Of a DNA stretch of 35,237 nt, positions 1-8,610 are shown in pieces. Source of the DNA: Methanosarcinales archaeon (GTDB lineage: Archaea; Halobacteriota; Methanosarcinia; Methanosarcinales; Methanogasteraceae); contig JAUWGA010000001.1 of the NCBI GenBank assembly GCA_030606635.1, positions 1-35,237 of the forward strand. The letters run 5' to 3'. A model generated the notes under the pieces. That model saw only the letters and a program-made list of their open reading frames with translations. It ran no database searches and was not told the origin of the DNA. Within the stretch, counting starts at the first letter, position 1, and every line of letters starts with the position of its first letter. The translations under genes and the position numbers were made by a program.

Positions 1-1
1 C

Positions 2-721
2 GGAAGGGTTGGGGACGATGCCGATGGCGCATACCTGCGTTTTGAGATGGCAAAAGAAGGTGTAGACACGCAAGGGATCGAGGTCGCCCGGGGCAGAACC
101 GGCAGCGCGATCGTGCTTGTCGATCCAGGCGGCGAGCGCTCAATGTATGTGCATTCCGGTGTGAATGATGCGCTCTCAGTGACGCCAGAGAACCTATCCT
201 ACGTAAAAAGCGCGAGATACCTGCATCTGTCCTCCTTTGTCGACGAAACCGTAATCGATGTGCAGAGAGAGATTCTCGACCGGTCGAAAGCCGAGATATC
301 CTTTGCGCCCGGGATGCTCTATGTCAGGAGAGGGGTCGATACACTCAAGGAAATCATCTCAAAGACCCGTGTCATCTTCTTAAATCGCGATGAGATTGAG
401 ATCCTTACCAGGTCCGGCTACAGAAAGGGAGCGGGAGAGTTAAATGAGGTTGGAGCAGAGATTGTTGTGGTGACGCTCGGCGGAGACGGATGCTACATCC
501 GAACATCGGATGCAGAGGTTTCCATTCCTGGGCTTGCTGCGAGGGTCGTTGATACGACCGGTGCCGGGGATGCGTTCTGTGCCGGGTTTCTGTATGGGCT
601 GCTGATGGATGAGCCGCTTGGGGTGTGCGGGCGTCTCGGGAACTTTGTTGCCGCGAAGTGCATAGGCGCGGTTGGCGCGAGGGAAGGGCTGCCGAGAAAG
701 ATCGAGATTGCAGAGGGTTGA
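2..721 (+). CDS. PfkB/ribokinase-family carbohydrate kinase (5'-truncated by window edge)
   Basis: Frame is open from base 2 (GRVGDDADGAYLRFEM...). PfkB signatures GRVGDD, NRDE, VVTLGGDG and VDTTGAGDAF. Confidence 0.92.
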   Translation, partial: GRVGDDADGAYLRFEMAKEGVDTQGIEVARGRTGSAIVLVDPGGERSMYVHSGVNDALSVTPENLSYVKSARYLHLSSFVDETVIDVQREILDRSKAEISFAPGMLYVRRGVDTLKEIISKTRVIFLNRDEIEILTRSGYRKGAGELNEVGAEIVVVTLGGDGCYIRTSDAEVSIPGLAARVVDTTGAGDAFCAGFLYGLLMDEPLGVCGRLGNFVAAKCIGAVGAREGLPRKIEIAEG

Positions 722-754
722 AACTCGCGCCTTGGGCGTAGATGCCTGCACTCA

Positions 755-1336
755 TCAGCCGGTGAGCACGCCCTTCGTGCTTGGAATATCCGACCGCTCG
801 ACTGTGGCAGACCTGCGCAGCGCAATCCCGAACGCCTTGAAGATCGCCTCGATTACGTGGTGGTCGTTCTCGCCGCTTGCCGAGATGTGCGCGTTGATGC
901 CGGCACTCGAAACCAGCGAGTGGAAGAAGTGCGGCACCATCTGGGTCGTGAGATCGCCGACCACGTCTGAAGAGAAACCGACATCGAAGACCAGGTAACT
1001 CCTCCCGCTGAGGTCGAGGATCACGCTTGCACTCGCTTCATCCATCGGCACCCTGACATCGGCAAACCGCGCAATCCCTGCATGATCGCCGAGTGCCTGT
1101 GATATCGCCTGCCCGAGCACGATACCGACATCCTCGACCAGGTGGTGATCGCCGAGTTCGGTATCCCCTGCCGCGCTTAGGGTGAGATCGAACAACCCGT
1201 GCCTCGCAAACGAGTCCAGCACATGGTCGAGAAAGGCAACACCTGTGCCGATCTCTGATCTGCCGGTTCCCTCGATCACAAACGTCAGGTCGATCTCTGT
1301 TTCGTTTGTCTTTCGGTTAATGGTCGCTTTTCGCAT
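755..1336 (-). CDS. hisB: Imidazoleglycerol-phosphate dehydratase
   Basis: RKTNET start, FLDHVL, DHHLVEDVGI, VPMDEA, NDHHVIEAIFKAFG and PSTKG motifs. Confidence 0.97.
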   Translation of the reverse strand: MRKATINRKTNETEIDLTFVIEGTGRSEIGTGVAFLDHVLDSFARHGLFDLTLSAAGDTELGDHHLVEDVGIVLGQAISQALGDHAGIARFADVRVPMDEASASVILDLSGRSYLVFDVGFSSDVVGDLTTQMVPHFFHSLVSSAGINAHISASGENDHHVIEAIFKAFGIALRRSATVERSDIPSTKGVLTG

Positions 1337-1342
1337 GGCTGT

Positions 1343-1660
1343 TTATCGATATAATCTGCCTGTGATCTCTTTTATGCTGGCTCTGGTCTCATTGGTCATG
1401 GCATCCAGTTTGCGATCCATACTCTCCTCCATGCCCTGAATATTTATCCGCAAGGATCGCTCCTTCGCCTCGATCTCGGATTCGATCCTCCTGAGCCGCG
1501 CATCCGCACCCAGGATCATCGCGGCGAGCGCAGCTACCAGCACCATCGCAGAGACATAGATCACAGGATCCTGGTTACCCAGGTAATTGAGCCATCTAAA
1601 CGTCAGTACAAATGCTGATACGACCATCAACGTTGCATATATCGTGTCTTTTGTATCCAT
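1343..1660 (-). CDS. Small membrane protein (2 TM helices plus coiled-coil tail), unknown function, probably co-transcribed with hisB
   Basis: Two hydrophobic segments then a charged helical tail. 6-bp gap to hisB. GAGGTTG RBS-like sequence and a TTTATAAA box upstream. Confidence 0.75.
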   Translation of the reverse strand: MDTKDTIYATLMVVSAFVLTFRWLNYLGNQDPVIYVSAMVLVAALAAMILGADARLRRIESEIEAKERSLRINIQGMEESMDRKLDAMTNETRASIKEITGRLYR

Positions 1661-1809
1661 TCCTGCACAACCTCTTGGTGGGTGATGTATTATCGTTCAC
1701 ACACATTTATAAATCTTAACATAAAATCCGGGATGTGCTTGGCGCGATCTCGGTGTTTTGTTTGAGACCTGAAACTGCTTACGATCAGGAAATAGCCCGA
1801 AAACCATCC

Positions 1810-3192
1810 CTACACCGCTACATGCATCCGCGTCTCTTCCTGCCCGCGCCATTCTCTATCTGTCGCAGTCCTGATCAGGATCTTATGCGCAGCGATCTCT
1901 GCCTTCTTTTTCGCATCGAACGCGTCTGCACCCATGGCAAGCGAGATCCCCATCCGCTCCTCAACGACCCACCTGCTGTGATACGAAAAAGGCTTTCCGA
2001 AGAGCTGGATGTTTGCGCCCGGCACAGACATCGCATCGAAGAGACCTTTGTACATCGGATCGAACCCCTGGGCTTGCGAGATGATCACGTGGGATGCCGC
2101 TGGCATCAGTGGGTCGAAGATGCGGTAACCCTCCTCGATCCTTGCCGGAACCGGAAGCCCTGTTATCGCACGAACATGCAAGCCACCCTCATTAAATCCC
2201 TGCGGATGCGAGATATACGTAACCATGCCGGTATCGTGCGGGCGTGGCGCGCATTCGTTGCCATAGATCTCGACTTTACCATCCCGGACGCGGACGAAGA
2301 GTTCGCATCCGAAGACGCCGACTCCACCCAGTTCGTCTGTGATCCGGCGTGCAGCATCGTAAATCTTCCTTTCCGCCTCTTTCGCAAGCTCGGGGTCCTT
2401 TTCGACAGACTTTCCGATATCATCCACGTTATACGGAAGATACTCCTCGATATTCGGACTATGCCACGATGAGTGGTAATCGCCATCGATCTGGTAGTGC
2501 CCGACCGGCTTTGGGAATGTGGTGACGATGTTACCGTCCTCGTCCAGATGCCTCACAGCAAGTTCTGTTACCTCGGTATTAAACGGGATATATTCCTCGA
2601 TGATCGCACGTTCGCCAGATCCGCGGGTCTCGTATCTGGCAGCGTCCATCGCTGCTTTGATGTCATCGCGGCTCTCGATGAAGTACGAGCCCTTGCCGCT
2701 GCTCGACATGATCGCCTTACTGAAGCACGGATACCCGATCTTCTCGACAGCATCTGTAAACTCAGAGAGGTCGTCTGTGCGGGTGTACGCGTAAGCTCCT
2801 GTTTTAACGCCTGATGCAACGATTAACTCCCTGATGCGCTCACGGTTCATCGCCGCATGAGTTGCCGCTGCGTTCGGCGTGACCAGATACCCGTCCTCCT
2901 CGAACTCGTTGAGAACATCGAGGTCGATCGCCTCGATCTCCGGTATGATGACGTCAGGTCGTTCCCGATCCACGATAGAACGCATCGCATTCGCATCCAT
3001 CATGTTGACGGTGTATGCCTTGTGCGCGACCTGTTGTGCTGGCGCCCGTTCGTACCGGTCCACAGCGACGACTTCCATACCGAGGCGCTGGGCTTCTATC
3101 GCGATCTCTTTTCCGAGTTCGCCCGCGCCGAAGAGGAGAAGCTTAAGCGACCTCTCTTCGAGCGGGGCTGCGAGAATCTCAAGTTGTCTCAT
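1810..3192 (-). CDS. purT: Formate-dependent phosphoribosylglycinamide formyltransferase (ATP-grasp)
   Basis: GAGELGKE, AVDRY, PEIEAI, MNRERIR, KAIMSSSGKG, PRPHDTG and LFGKP motifs. AGGAGTAGG upstream. Confidence 0.96.
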   Translation of the reverse strand: MRQLEILAAPLEERSLKLLLFGAGELGKEIAIEAQRLGMEVVAVDRYERAPAQQVAHKAYTVNMMDANAMRSIVDRERPDVIIPEIEAIDLDVLNEFEEDGYLVTPNAAATHAAMNRERIRELIVASGVKTGAYAYTRTDDLSEFTDAVEKIGYPCFSKAIMSSSGKGSYFIESRDDIKAAMDAARYETRGSGERAIIEEYIPFNTEVTELAVRHLDEDGNIVTTFPKPVGHYQIDGDYHSSWHSPNIEEYLPYNVDDIGKSVEKDPELAKEAERKIYDAARRITDELGGVGVFGCELFVRVRDGKVEIYGNECAPRPHDTGMVTYISHPQGFNEGGLHVRAITGLPVPARIEEGYRIFDPLMPAASHVIISQAQGFDPMYKGLFDAMSVPGANIQLFGKPFSYHSRWVVEERMGISLAMGADAFDAKKKAEIAAHKILIRTATDREWRGQEETRMHVAV

Positions 3193-3436
3193 GGTATCCT
3201 ACTCCTGTACGGTGTTATGCGGCAAGGTACTTATTAGTATTTTAAGATGTGATTCACGTTACGGCTATCGATTTGTCTGGTTCTATAACGACATGGCAGA
3301 TCGCAGGAGCGCAGTCGAATCACTAAATTCCAGAGCAAATAAATTCGTGCAAATATGGGGTATGCGCCAGCATTCGTGATTTTATACCTTTTGGTCATGA
3401 CATTACAGAAACTTTTCGGAAACACGTTATAAAGAG

Positions 3437-3529
3437 ATATGCGAGCGGGAGTGTGGGGTTTGGGGGGGTAGTGTGGGGAGGGGGTAGTGTGGTAAAAAAA
3501 GAGGTTTTTTCAAAAACCCGCTCGCATAT
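3437..3529 (-). ncRNA. Putative small RNA, copy 1: 13-bp terminal stem enclosing a U/C-rich loop with three CCACACU motifs
   Basis: Perfect inverted repeat ATATGCGAGCGGG (3437-3449) / CCCGCTCGCATAT (3517-3529). Minus-strand TATA box about 23-25 nt upstream. Paralogue at 3695-3773. Confidence 0.65.
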
Positions 3530-3545
3530 ATGCCATATTGTGGTG

Positions 3546-3563
3546 TGATACTATTTAAACCTT
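3546..3563 (-). promoter_or_regulatory. Archaeal BRE/TATA promoter for putative sRNA copy 1
   Basis: Minus strand AAGG-TTTAAATA-GTATCA, 17/18 identical to 3789-3806. Confidence 0.7.
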
Positions 3564-3694
3564 ATGGTTTCAACAGAATATTCGTCATAATCCTGACATA
3601 TTCACAGCCAACATTGCCATACGGACCTACCACCCATTAGACCGTAGTCGTAGTCAAAACTGAAGCAATCGAAAGTGAAGAACTTGGTAGGGGG

Positions 3695-3773
3695 ATATGC
3701 GAGCGGGAGTGTGGGAAGTGGGGAGTGGGGGTTAGTGTGGTTAAAAAGAGTTTTTAGAAACCCGCTCGCATGT
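3695..3773 (-). ncRNA. Putative small RNA, copy 2 (paralogue of 3437-3529)
   Basis: Inverted repeat ATGCGAGCGGG (3697-3707) / CCCGCTCGCAT (3761-3771). The 22-mer GATATGCGAGCGGGAGTGTGGG is identical in both copies. Loop has CCACACU/CCCACU motifs. Confidence 0.65.
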
Positions 3774-3788
3774 TACACCACTACTACC

Positions 3789-3806
3789 TGATACTATATA
3801 AACCTT
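3789..3806 (-). promoter_or_regulatory. Archaeal BRE/TATA promoter for putative sRNA copy 2
   Basis: Minus strand AAGG-TTTATATA-GTATCA, at essentially the same spacing to the stem as in copy 1. Confidence 0.7.
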
Positions 3807-3870
3807 GCGGCGCGGTGGGGCTGTCACGCCATGCCACCTTGCGCGAACATCCGCATAAGAGGTGGGGGGA

Positions 3871-4959
3871 TCACCGCTTCACCGCAAGCGCGTGCAACGG
3901 AAAGAGGGCGAGCGCGCCCACAGCGACTCCGGCGATTCCGAAGAGTGCTACGTAATCGGCATACAAGAGAATTCCTGCCGCAACTACCGGAAGTGCGGCA
4001 AATCCGGCATAAGTGCATGTATTAAAGACCCCCATCGCCATGCCGCGATCAGAACCGAGGGAGGCAACCCCCGCGACAAGCCCGACCATCGCAAACCCGG
4101 ATCCGGCGCCCATGATAGTAAGCCCGATCGGATGGTATATGGTCGCCACGATGCCGATTCCGGTTATCAGCGCACCTGCCCGGATCAGCCAGCGTTCAGT
4201 GGTACACGCACGACCGCCGATGAGCGAGGTCACCATCGCTCCAAAATAGACACCGGAAAGCGCAAGTCCCAGAGGGGACGGCGTTAAATCCGTGAAAGAT
4301 GGGAAATAAGCAACAAGAACCCCTGTCGCACCAAATAAGACGAAGGCGATCACCCATATCTGTAGATACCGCGCATCGGAAAGGATCGCGAATACACCCG
4401 AAATCCTCTGTGGTGCAGGCGGGATATCCGGATCATCGGGCTCCTGTTTCAGTGAAATCACAAGCACCAGTGCAGGGACTGCGAGCAAGGTAAATACCAG
4501 TATTCCACTTTTCAGATGGTAATACGTAAGTTCGGCAGCGGCTACAACACCGAGAGCAAGTCCGACATTGATCAGAAAAGTAAACTCTCCTATGTACTGC
4601 CTTCGATTCTTAAATTTCGTGAGCATCGAGAACGCTGCCGGAAAGAAAGCCCCGCAGGCGCACCCTTCGACAAAACGCGCAGACACGAGGATCTGCGGGG
4701 AGTCGGATAAGAAGAGCAGGACTCCGGATATGATCGTCAGAACGATACTGAGCAGGATAAACCGCGTATTTCCGTACCGGTCAGCAAGCATCCCGAGCGG
4801 GATCATCGAGACGAGTGCGCCTGCAAAGTACGCGGAGAAGATCATGCTCTGCACAAACGTTTCACCAGAGAGATCCGGGAGAATCGGCACAACCGCATCC
4901 GAGAGCCCCATGATCACGAAGACCGAGAGATAGAGACACGCGCGTATCCGGTTCATCAT
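3871..4959 (-). CDS. Major facilitator superfamily transporter
   Basis: About 11-12 hydrophobic segments. MFS motif A (GMLADRYGNT), ARFVEG and RGMAMGVFN. Confidence 0.9.
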   Translation of the reverse strand: MMNRIRACLYLSVFVIMGLSDAVVPILPDLSGETFVQSMIFSAYFAGALVSMIPLGMLADRYGNTRFILLSIVLTIISGVLLFLSDSPQILVSARFVEGCACGAFFPAAFSMLTKFKNRRQYIGEFTFLINVGLALGVVAAAELTYYHLKSGILVFTLLAVPALVLVISLKQEPDDPDIPPAPQRISGVFAILSDARYLQIWVIAFVLFGATGVLVAYFPSFTDLTPSPLGLALSGVYFGAMVTSLIGGRACTTERWLIRAGALITGIGIVATIYHPIGLTIMGAGSGFAMVGLVAGVASLGSDRGMAMGVFNTCTYAGFAALPVVAAGILLYADYVALFGIAGVAVGALALFPLHALAVKR

Positions 4960-5041
4960 TCAGATATCAGGATCGGATGGTTGTAAAGTTGTTGGGCAGA
5001 AACTCCTGGTCGTTTCAACCGGCAACTGATTCGCACGACTG

Positions 5042-5073
5042 AAAACAAAAAAGGATGGGTTTTGGCGCCCATC
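5042..5073 (-). terminator. Hairpin plus U-tract terminator after the 270-aa lipoprotein gene
   Basis: Minus strand GATGGG-CGCCAAAA-CCCATC followed by CTTTTTTGTTTT, directly at the stop codon. Confidence 0.65.
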
Positions 5074-5884
5074 ACTCAGGAAGCGGGGGAAATCCGGGTC
5101 CGCCCGACGCTCCGTCAAGTATCTCGCCACCCATTTCGCCAAGCACTGTGAGATCAACGATCTCCGCACCGGCAGGGAGGTCAAACGTACTGTCCGGGAT
5201 ATTCGTATCCACATCAAACTCTGTGACCTCGTAGTGCACGCTCTCGGATTTGCCCTCGTATGTGCACTCATAGTCGAGCAGTAGCGTGAACCCGGTCTGC
5301 TTGTCCACGATCAGGTCAGCTCTTCCCATGCCGATATCTTCGCGGCCGAGTGCTCCGGCAGGTTGCCATACCTTGCTGTAGTCCAGTTTGACGGCCTTGC
5401 GACCCAGGCACGTTGTGTCGCTGTCTGTGATCCAGCTATCATCCCATGCGGAATCGTCGCTATAGCAACCATACGCCGCCCAGAACGGGTTTCCAAATCC
5501 GATGTTATCATCGGAACATTCCCCGGTTTTGATCACTGTGCCTTCCGCCTCGTCCACTATGTACATCCCATCCGCGTTCTGCAAGATGGTCATCGAATCC
5601 GCGCCATGGTTACTGCTGATCACCGACTTGAAGAACCAGACGTCTCCGGATTTCTTGCGCCATTCCTCAAATACGGCAGTATCCCCGTCATCGGTGGATA
5701 CGGTCGCTTTGTAGTGCAGGGAAGTCACATCGATCAGATCGAGATAATGTGCGATGCCGGATGGTACGCTCTCTTCTTGCGATTCATTCTGTTTGCTAGA
5801 ATCCGAGTCCACACAGCCGCACAACGTCACTGCGAGTACAAGAGCGAACACGACTGCGATTATTCTTACATGTTTCATTGCCAT
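5072..5884 (-). CDS. Secreted lipoprotein, possible LolA/lipoprotein-sorting-like beta fold
   Basis: Signal peptide with LCGC lipobox. Acidic mature part with 'IVDKQTGFTL' and 'NIPDSTFDLPAGAEIVD', typical of LolA-like proteins (fold inferred). Confidence 0.65.
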   Translation of the reverse strand: MAMKHVRIIAVVFALVLAVTLCGCVDSDSSKQNESQEESVPSGIAHYLDLIDVTSLHYKATVSTDDGDTAVFEEWRKKSGDVWFFKSVISSNHGADSMTILQNADGMYIVDEAEGTVIKTGECSDDNIGFGNPFWAAYGCYSDDSAWDDSWITDSDTTCLGRKAVKLDYSKVWQPAGALGREDIGMGRADLIVDKQTGFTLLLDYECTYEGKSESVHYEVTEFDVDTNIPDSTFDLPAGAEIVDLTVLGEMGGEILDGASGGPGFPPLPE

Positions 5885-6068
5885 ATCTCCTGTGTTTTAT
5901 GTTCGGTTTGAGCAGATTTGACTTGTTCTCTCCGCACTATAATAACTCTGCTTCTTTTTTTGGGCTCGTTTTATTGTCGCCTGAAGCGGTGCATCGCGTC
6001 GCGCTGAAGGGTGTTTGTAACGGGAATTTTTCTTAAATTATTCACCAACTATGCGAAGCTAAAAATCT

Positions 6069-6827
6069 CTAATCTTTGACCTTTATATAAAAAACATCAG
6101 GGCCATTTTTCATCTTAATATTTTTTAATTCAAATAAATTTGGATGCGCCTTAACAAGTAGGGATAATTGTTTGTATCCATAAGACCTTGGATCAAAACT
6201 CGGATCTAACTGGAGTAAACAATTTCCCACCGCGCCCAAATGCGCCCAACCATCCTCCCCTAAAGCCATTTCAAAAGCTTCTTTGAGCAATGGAATCGGA
6301 TCCGATATTTTCGCTTCTTCACCGGTTGTTAATAAACTCTTTAATTCCGTTTCATTTCCCCGGATGGACTCTTTAGGTGTTAGATTTTCAGTATAAATGA
6401 ATATGTTGCATGCATTTACGAATGCCTTCGGTGTTATGCTTTTACCAACCCCCATCACAAAAACACCGCTTTCACGAATTCTAGTTGCAAGTCTTGTATA
6501 ATCACTGTCACTGGAAACGATACAGAAACCTTCTACTGAATCGTCATGAAGGATATCCATTGCATCAATAATCATCGCACTATCTGTGGAGTTCTTGCCA
6601 ACCGTATAACGGAACTGTTGGATTGGTTGAATTGCAAGATTATTTAAAGTCTCTTTCCATCCATTCATATTTGGTGTAGTCCAGTCGCCATAGATACGCC
6701 TTATCGTAATTGGTCCGTGTTTACCCGTTTCAGCTAAGATCTTTTCAATTAAAGTCGGTTGTGCATTATCACCATCTATAAGTAAAGCAATTTTTATCTT
6801 ATTTGTATCATTAAACTGGTTGATCAT
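6069..6827 (-). CDS. NYN (PIN-fold, LabA/DUF88) ribonuclease domain plus C-terminal OST-HTH/LOTUS domain
   Basis: LLIDGDNA, GKNSTDSAMIIDAMD and SSDSDYTRLA catalytic motifs. LOTUS-like GWAHLGAVG...FDPRSYGYKQL. AT-rich relative to flanks. Confidence 0.92.
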   Translation of the reverse strand: MINQFNDTNKIKIALLIDGDNAQPTLIEKILAETGKHGPITIRRIYGDWTTPNMNGWKETLNNLAIQPIQQFRYTVGKNSTDSAMIIDAMDILHDDSVEGFCIVSSDSDYTRLATRIRESGVFVMGVGKSITPKAFVNACNIFIYTENLTPKESIRGNETELKSLLTTGEEAKISDPIPLLKEAFEMALGEDGWAHLGAVGNCLLQLDPSFDPRSYGYKQLSLLVKAHPNLFELKNIKMKNGPDVFYIKVKD

Positions 6828-7011
6828 ACTTGGATCACACTCCTGTTACCGTTCAATAAATTTAAAAACATTCTTCCAATAACTTTAAGGAATGGCGATT
6901 CACGTCCCCGGTCTATGAATACACTCATAAGTATTATACTTGGGAGGATACTATATATGCTGCTCTTGGCGGGAATGTAAGCCCACAACCCCGGCAGTTC
7001 CTGCACAATTG

Positions 7012-8178
7012 TCATGACGCGCTTGTCCCCAGTCCAAATGCATCCGCCAGTTCCGCGCCCGCTTCCCCGATCCCGAACAGACGATCCTTGACCGTCGAGA
7101 TCGACATGTATTTCTCAGTCCTTGTGCCGTCGTCCGATTCGATCTTTATCACGAATTCGTCCTTTGCCGCCCCGTGTGCGATACATTCGTTTGCGAATCT
7201 GCCGTATTCCGAGAGTATGACCTTCAGCGCATCAGAGACGTGCGGTTCCCTGATCACATTCATGCCATTAAACGTCAATCTCACAAGCGTCGCAACCTCG
7301 CGTCTTCTAGTATCCTTCACATAACCGGTCACCGCGTGCATGAGGTCTATAACCGCCTCGCTGTCGATCTCTTTTGAGACCAATTCATCTCTTGTCAGAT
7401 TGACCGGCTCTGCACCTTCATACACTATCGAATAATCATCGGTGGCAGTTTTCATCTCGATACGGACCATTTTTGCGCCCCTCCTATCCTTAAATTCTGC
7501 GGTTACCTGGTTATTTATGTAGTTAACGCCAGCCAAACGGTGATTCGACATGTCCATCATCTTCACCGCTTCCTCACTGTGGAATATCCCTGCCTTTCTC
7601 GGTACCGGAATTGCGAACGAACCTACCAGCTGCTTCACAGTGACCGCATCCTTAAACCGCAGTTCATAAGCGAATGATAGCTCGCCTAAATCTGCTTTAA
7701 ACTCGCCGTGGAGCCCCCTTTTCCCCTCCGAGTCGAGCGAATATGCAAATCTGGCGCCATATACGCCGAATTCGAGAAACGGACTGACTATCTTGCAGAC
7801 GCGCTCCGCGTTGAGGTCGATCTTCTCAGCCAGATCAGTTAGTGACGCACCAGACTCGGAATCGATCTTTGCCTTCTGCTGATCCACGCATGATGCACAC
7901 ACATCTATGATCGCATTCTTGCAGACCTGCATCTCATCGGTGCCGTCATCCCTGACGATCTCGTTCATCCGCCTCGTCACCTCGCTTTCGAATGTTCTCA
8001 GCCCGGAGATCTTCCTATCCTTTGCATGGTGGCTCTCTTCCACTTCGCTATTAGCCGAGATGATCTCGTTTTCAAGCGGAACTACCGCCTCGGTCATGTC
8101 CAGTAGCGCCTCCAGATCGTGAATGAAATCACGATCGGTTGGGAGTTTTACAGAGTCTTGATATAGATATTTCATCAT
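7012..8178 (-). CDS. Hypothetical protein (N-terminal helical/coiled-coil region, C-terminal beta-rich region)
   Basis: 388-aa ORF with normal composition. ATGA overlap with the upstream DUF296 gene. No recognised motif. Confidence 0.8.
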   Translation of the reverse strand: MMKYLYQDSVKLPTDRDFIHDLEALLDMTEAVVPLENEIISANSEVEESHHAKDRKISGLRTFESEVTRRMNEIVRDDGTDEMQVCKNAIIDVCASCVDQQKAKIDSESGASLTDLAEKIDLNAERVCKIVSPFLEFGVYGARFAYSLDSEGKRGLHGEFKADLGELSFAYELRFKDAVTVKQLVGSFAIPVPRKAGIFHSEEAVKMMDMSNHRLAGVNYINNQVTAEFKDRRGAKMVRIEMKTATDDYSIVYEGAEPVNLTRDELVSKEIDSEAVIDLMHAVTGYVKDTRRREVATLVRLTFNGMNVIREPHVSDALKVILSEYGRFANECIAHGAAKDEFVIKIESDDGTRTEKYMSISTVKDRLFGIGEAGAELADAFGLGTSAS

Positions 8179-8609
8179 AACACCATCCGTGCAATCCCGT
8201 ACATGTCGTCGTACACCCGTTCTGCAGCGATGCCCGATATCTCGAATATGATGGCTTCGGTGGTGAGGTACGTATCGACGCTATTACGCAGACAGCCGAC
8301 AGTCACGTCGCCCCCTTTGCCAAGCGCGGCATGCAGGTGGATGCTCGGGCTCCCATCCTTCCAGAGGATGTTTCCGATGCCGAGTATCTCGCAGGCGCCC
8401 GCGATCGAGTGCCACATCGGATCCGGCGGGACGGTGTCCTCCTTCGGTCCGGTTACGACCTGCATATTCTTAACAGCCCCGATCAGCATGAAGAATGCCT
8501 GCTTGATCTCTTCTGATCTTGCGAGTTTTACGAGTTCGTCGAGCAGATCCTCATCATGATCGATGCGTGCTAAGAACACCCGGCCAATCGAGCCCACTTC
8601 GTAGTCCAT
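8175..8609 (-). CDS. PPC/DUF296 domain protein
   Basis: GRVFLARIDHDEDLL, IGAV, EILGIGNI, HLHAALG and GCL motifs. Confidence 0.9.
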   Translation of the reverse strand: MDYEVGSIGRVFLARIDHDEDLLDELVKLARSEEIKQAFFMLIGAVKNMQVVTGPKEDTVPPDPMWHSIAGACEILGIGNILWKDGSPSIHLHAALGKGGDVTVGCLRNSVDTYLTTEAIIFEISGIAAERVYDDMYGIARMVL

Positions 8610-8610
8610 C

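Noticed and set aside
3439..3735. Plus-strand micro-ORFs MRAGVWGLGG* and MRAGVWEVGSGG*
   Set aside because: They are a by-product of the inverted repeat. The conserved promoter points the other way and the peptides diverge after the shared block.
3437..3773. CRISPR array or origin (ORB) interpretation of the duplicated repeat
   Set aside because: There are only two copies, no regular repeat-spacer period, no cas or cdc6 gene in the window, and each copy has its own promoter-like block.
6824..7015. 63-aa ORF bridging the 388-aa gene and the NYN gene
   Set aside because: It overlaps both neighbours by 4 bp but spans the GC/AT junction and has no recognisable features, so it cannot be supported as a gene.
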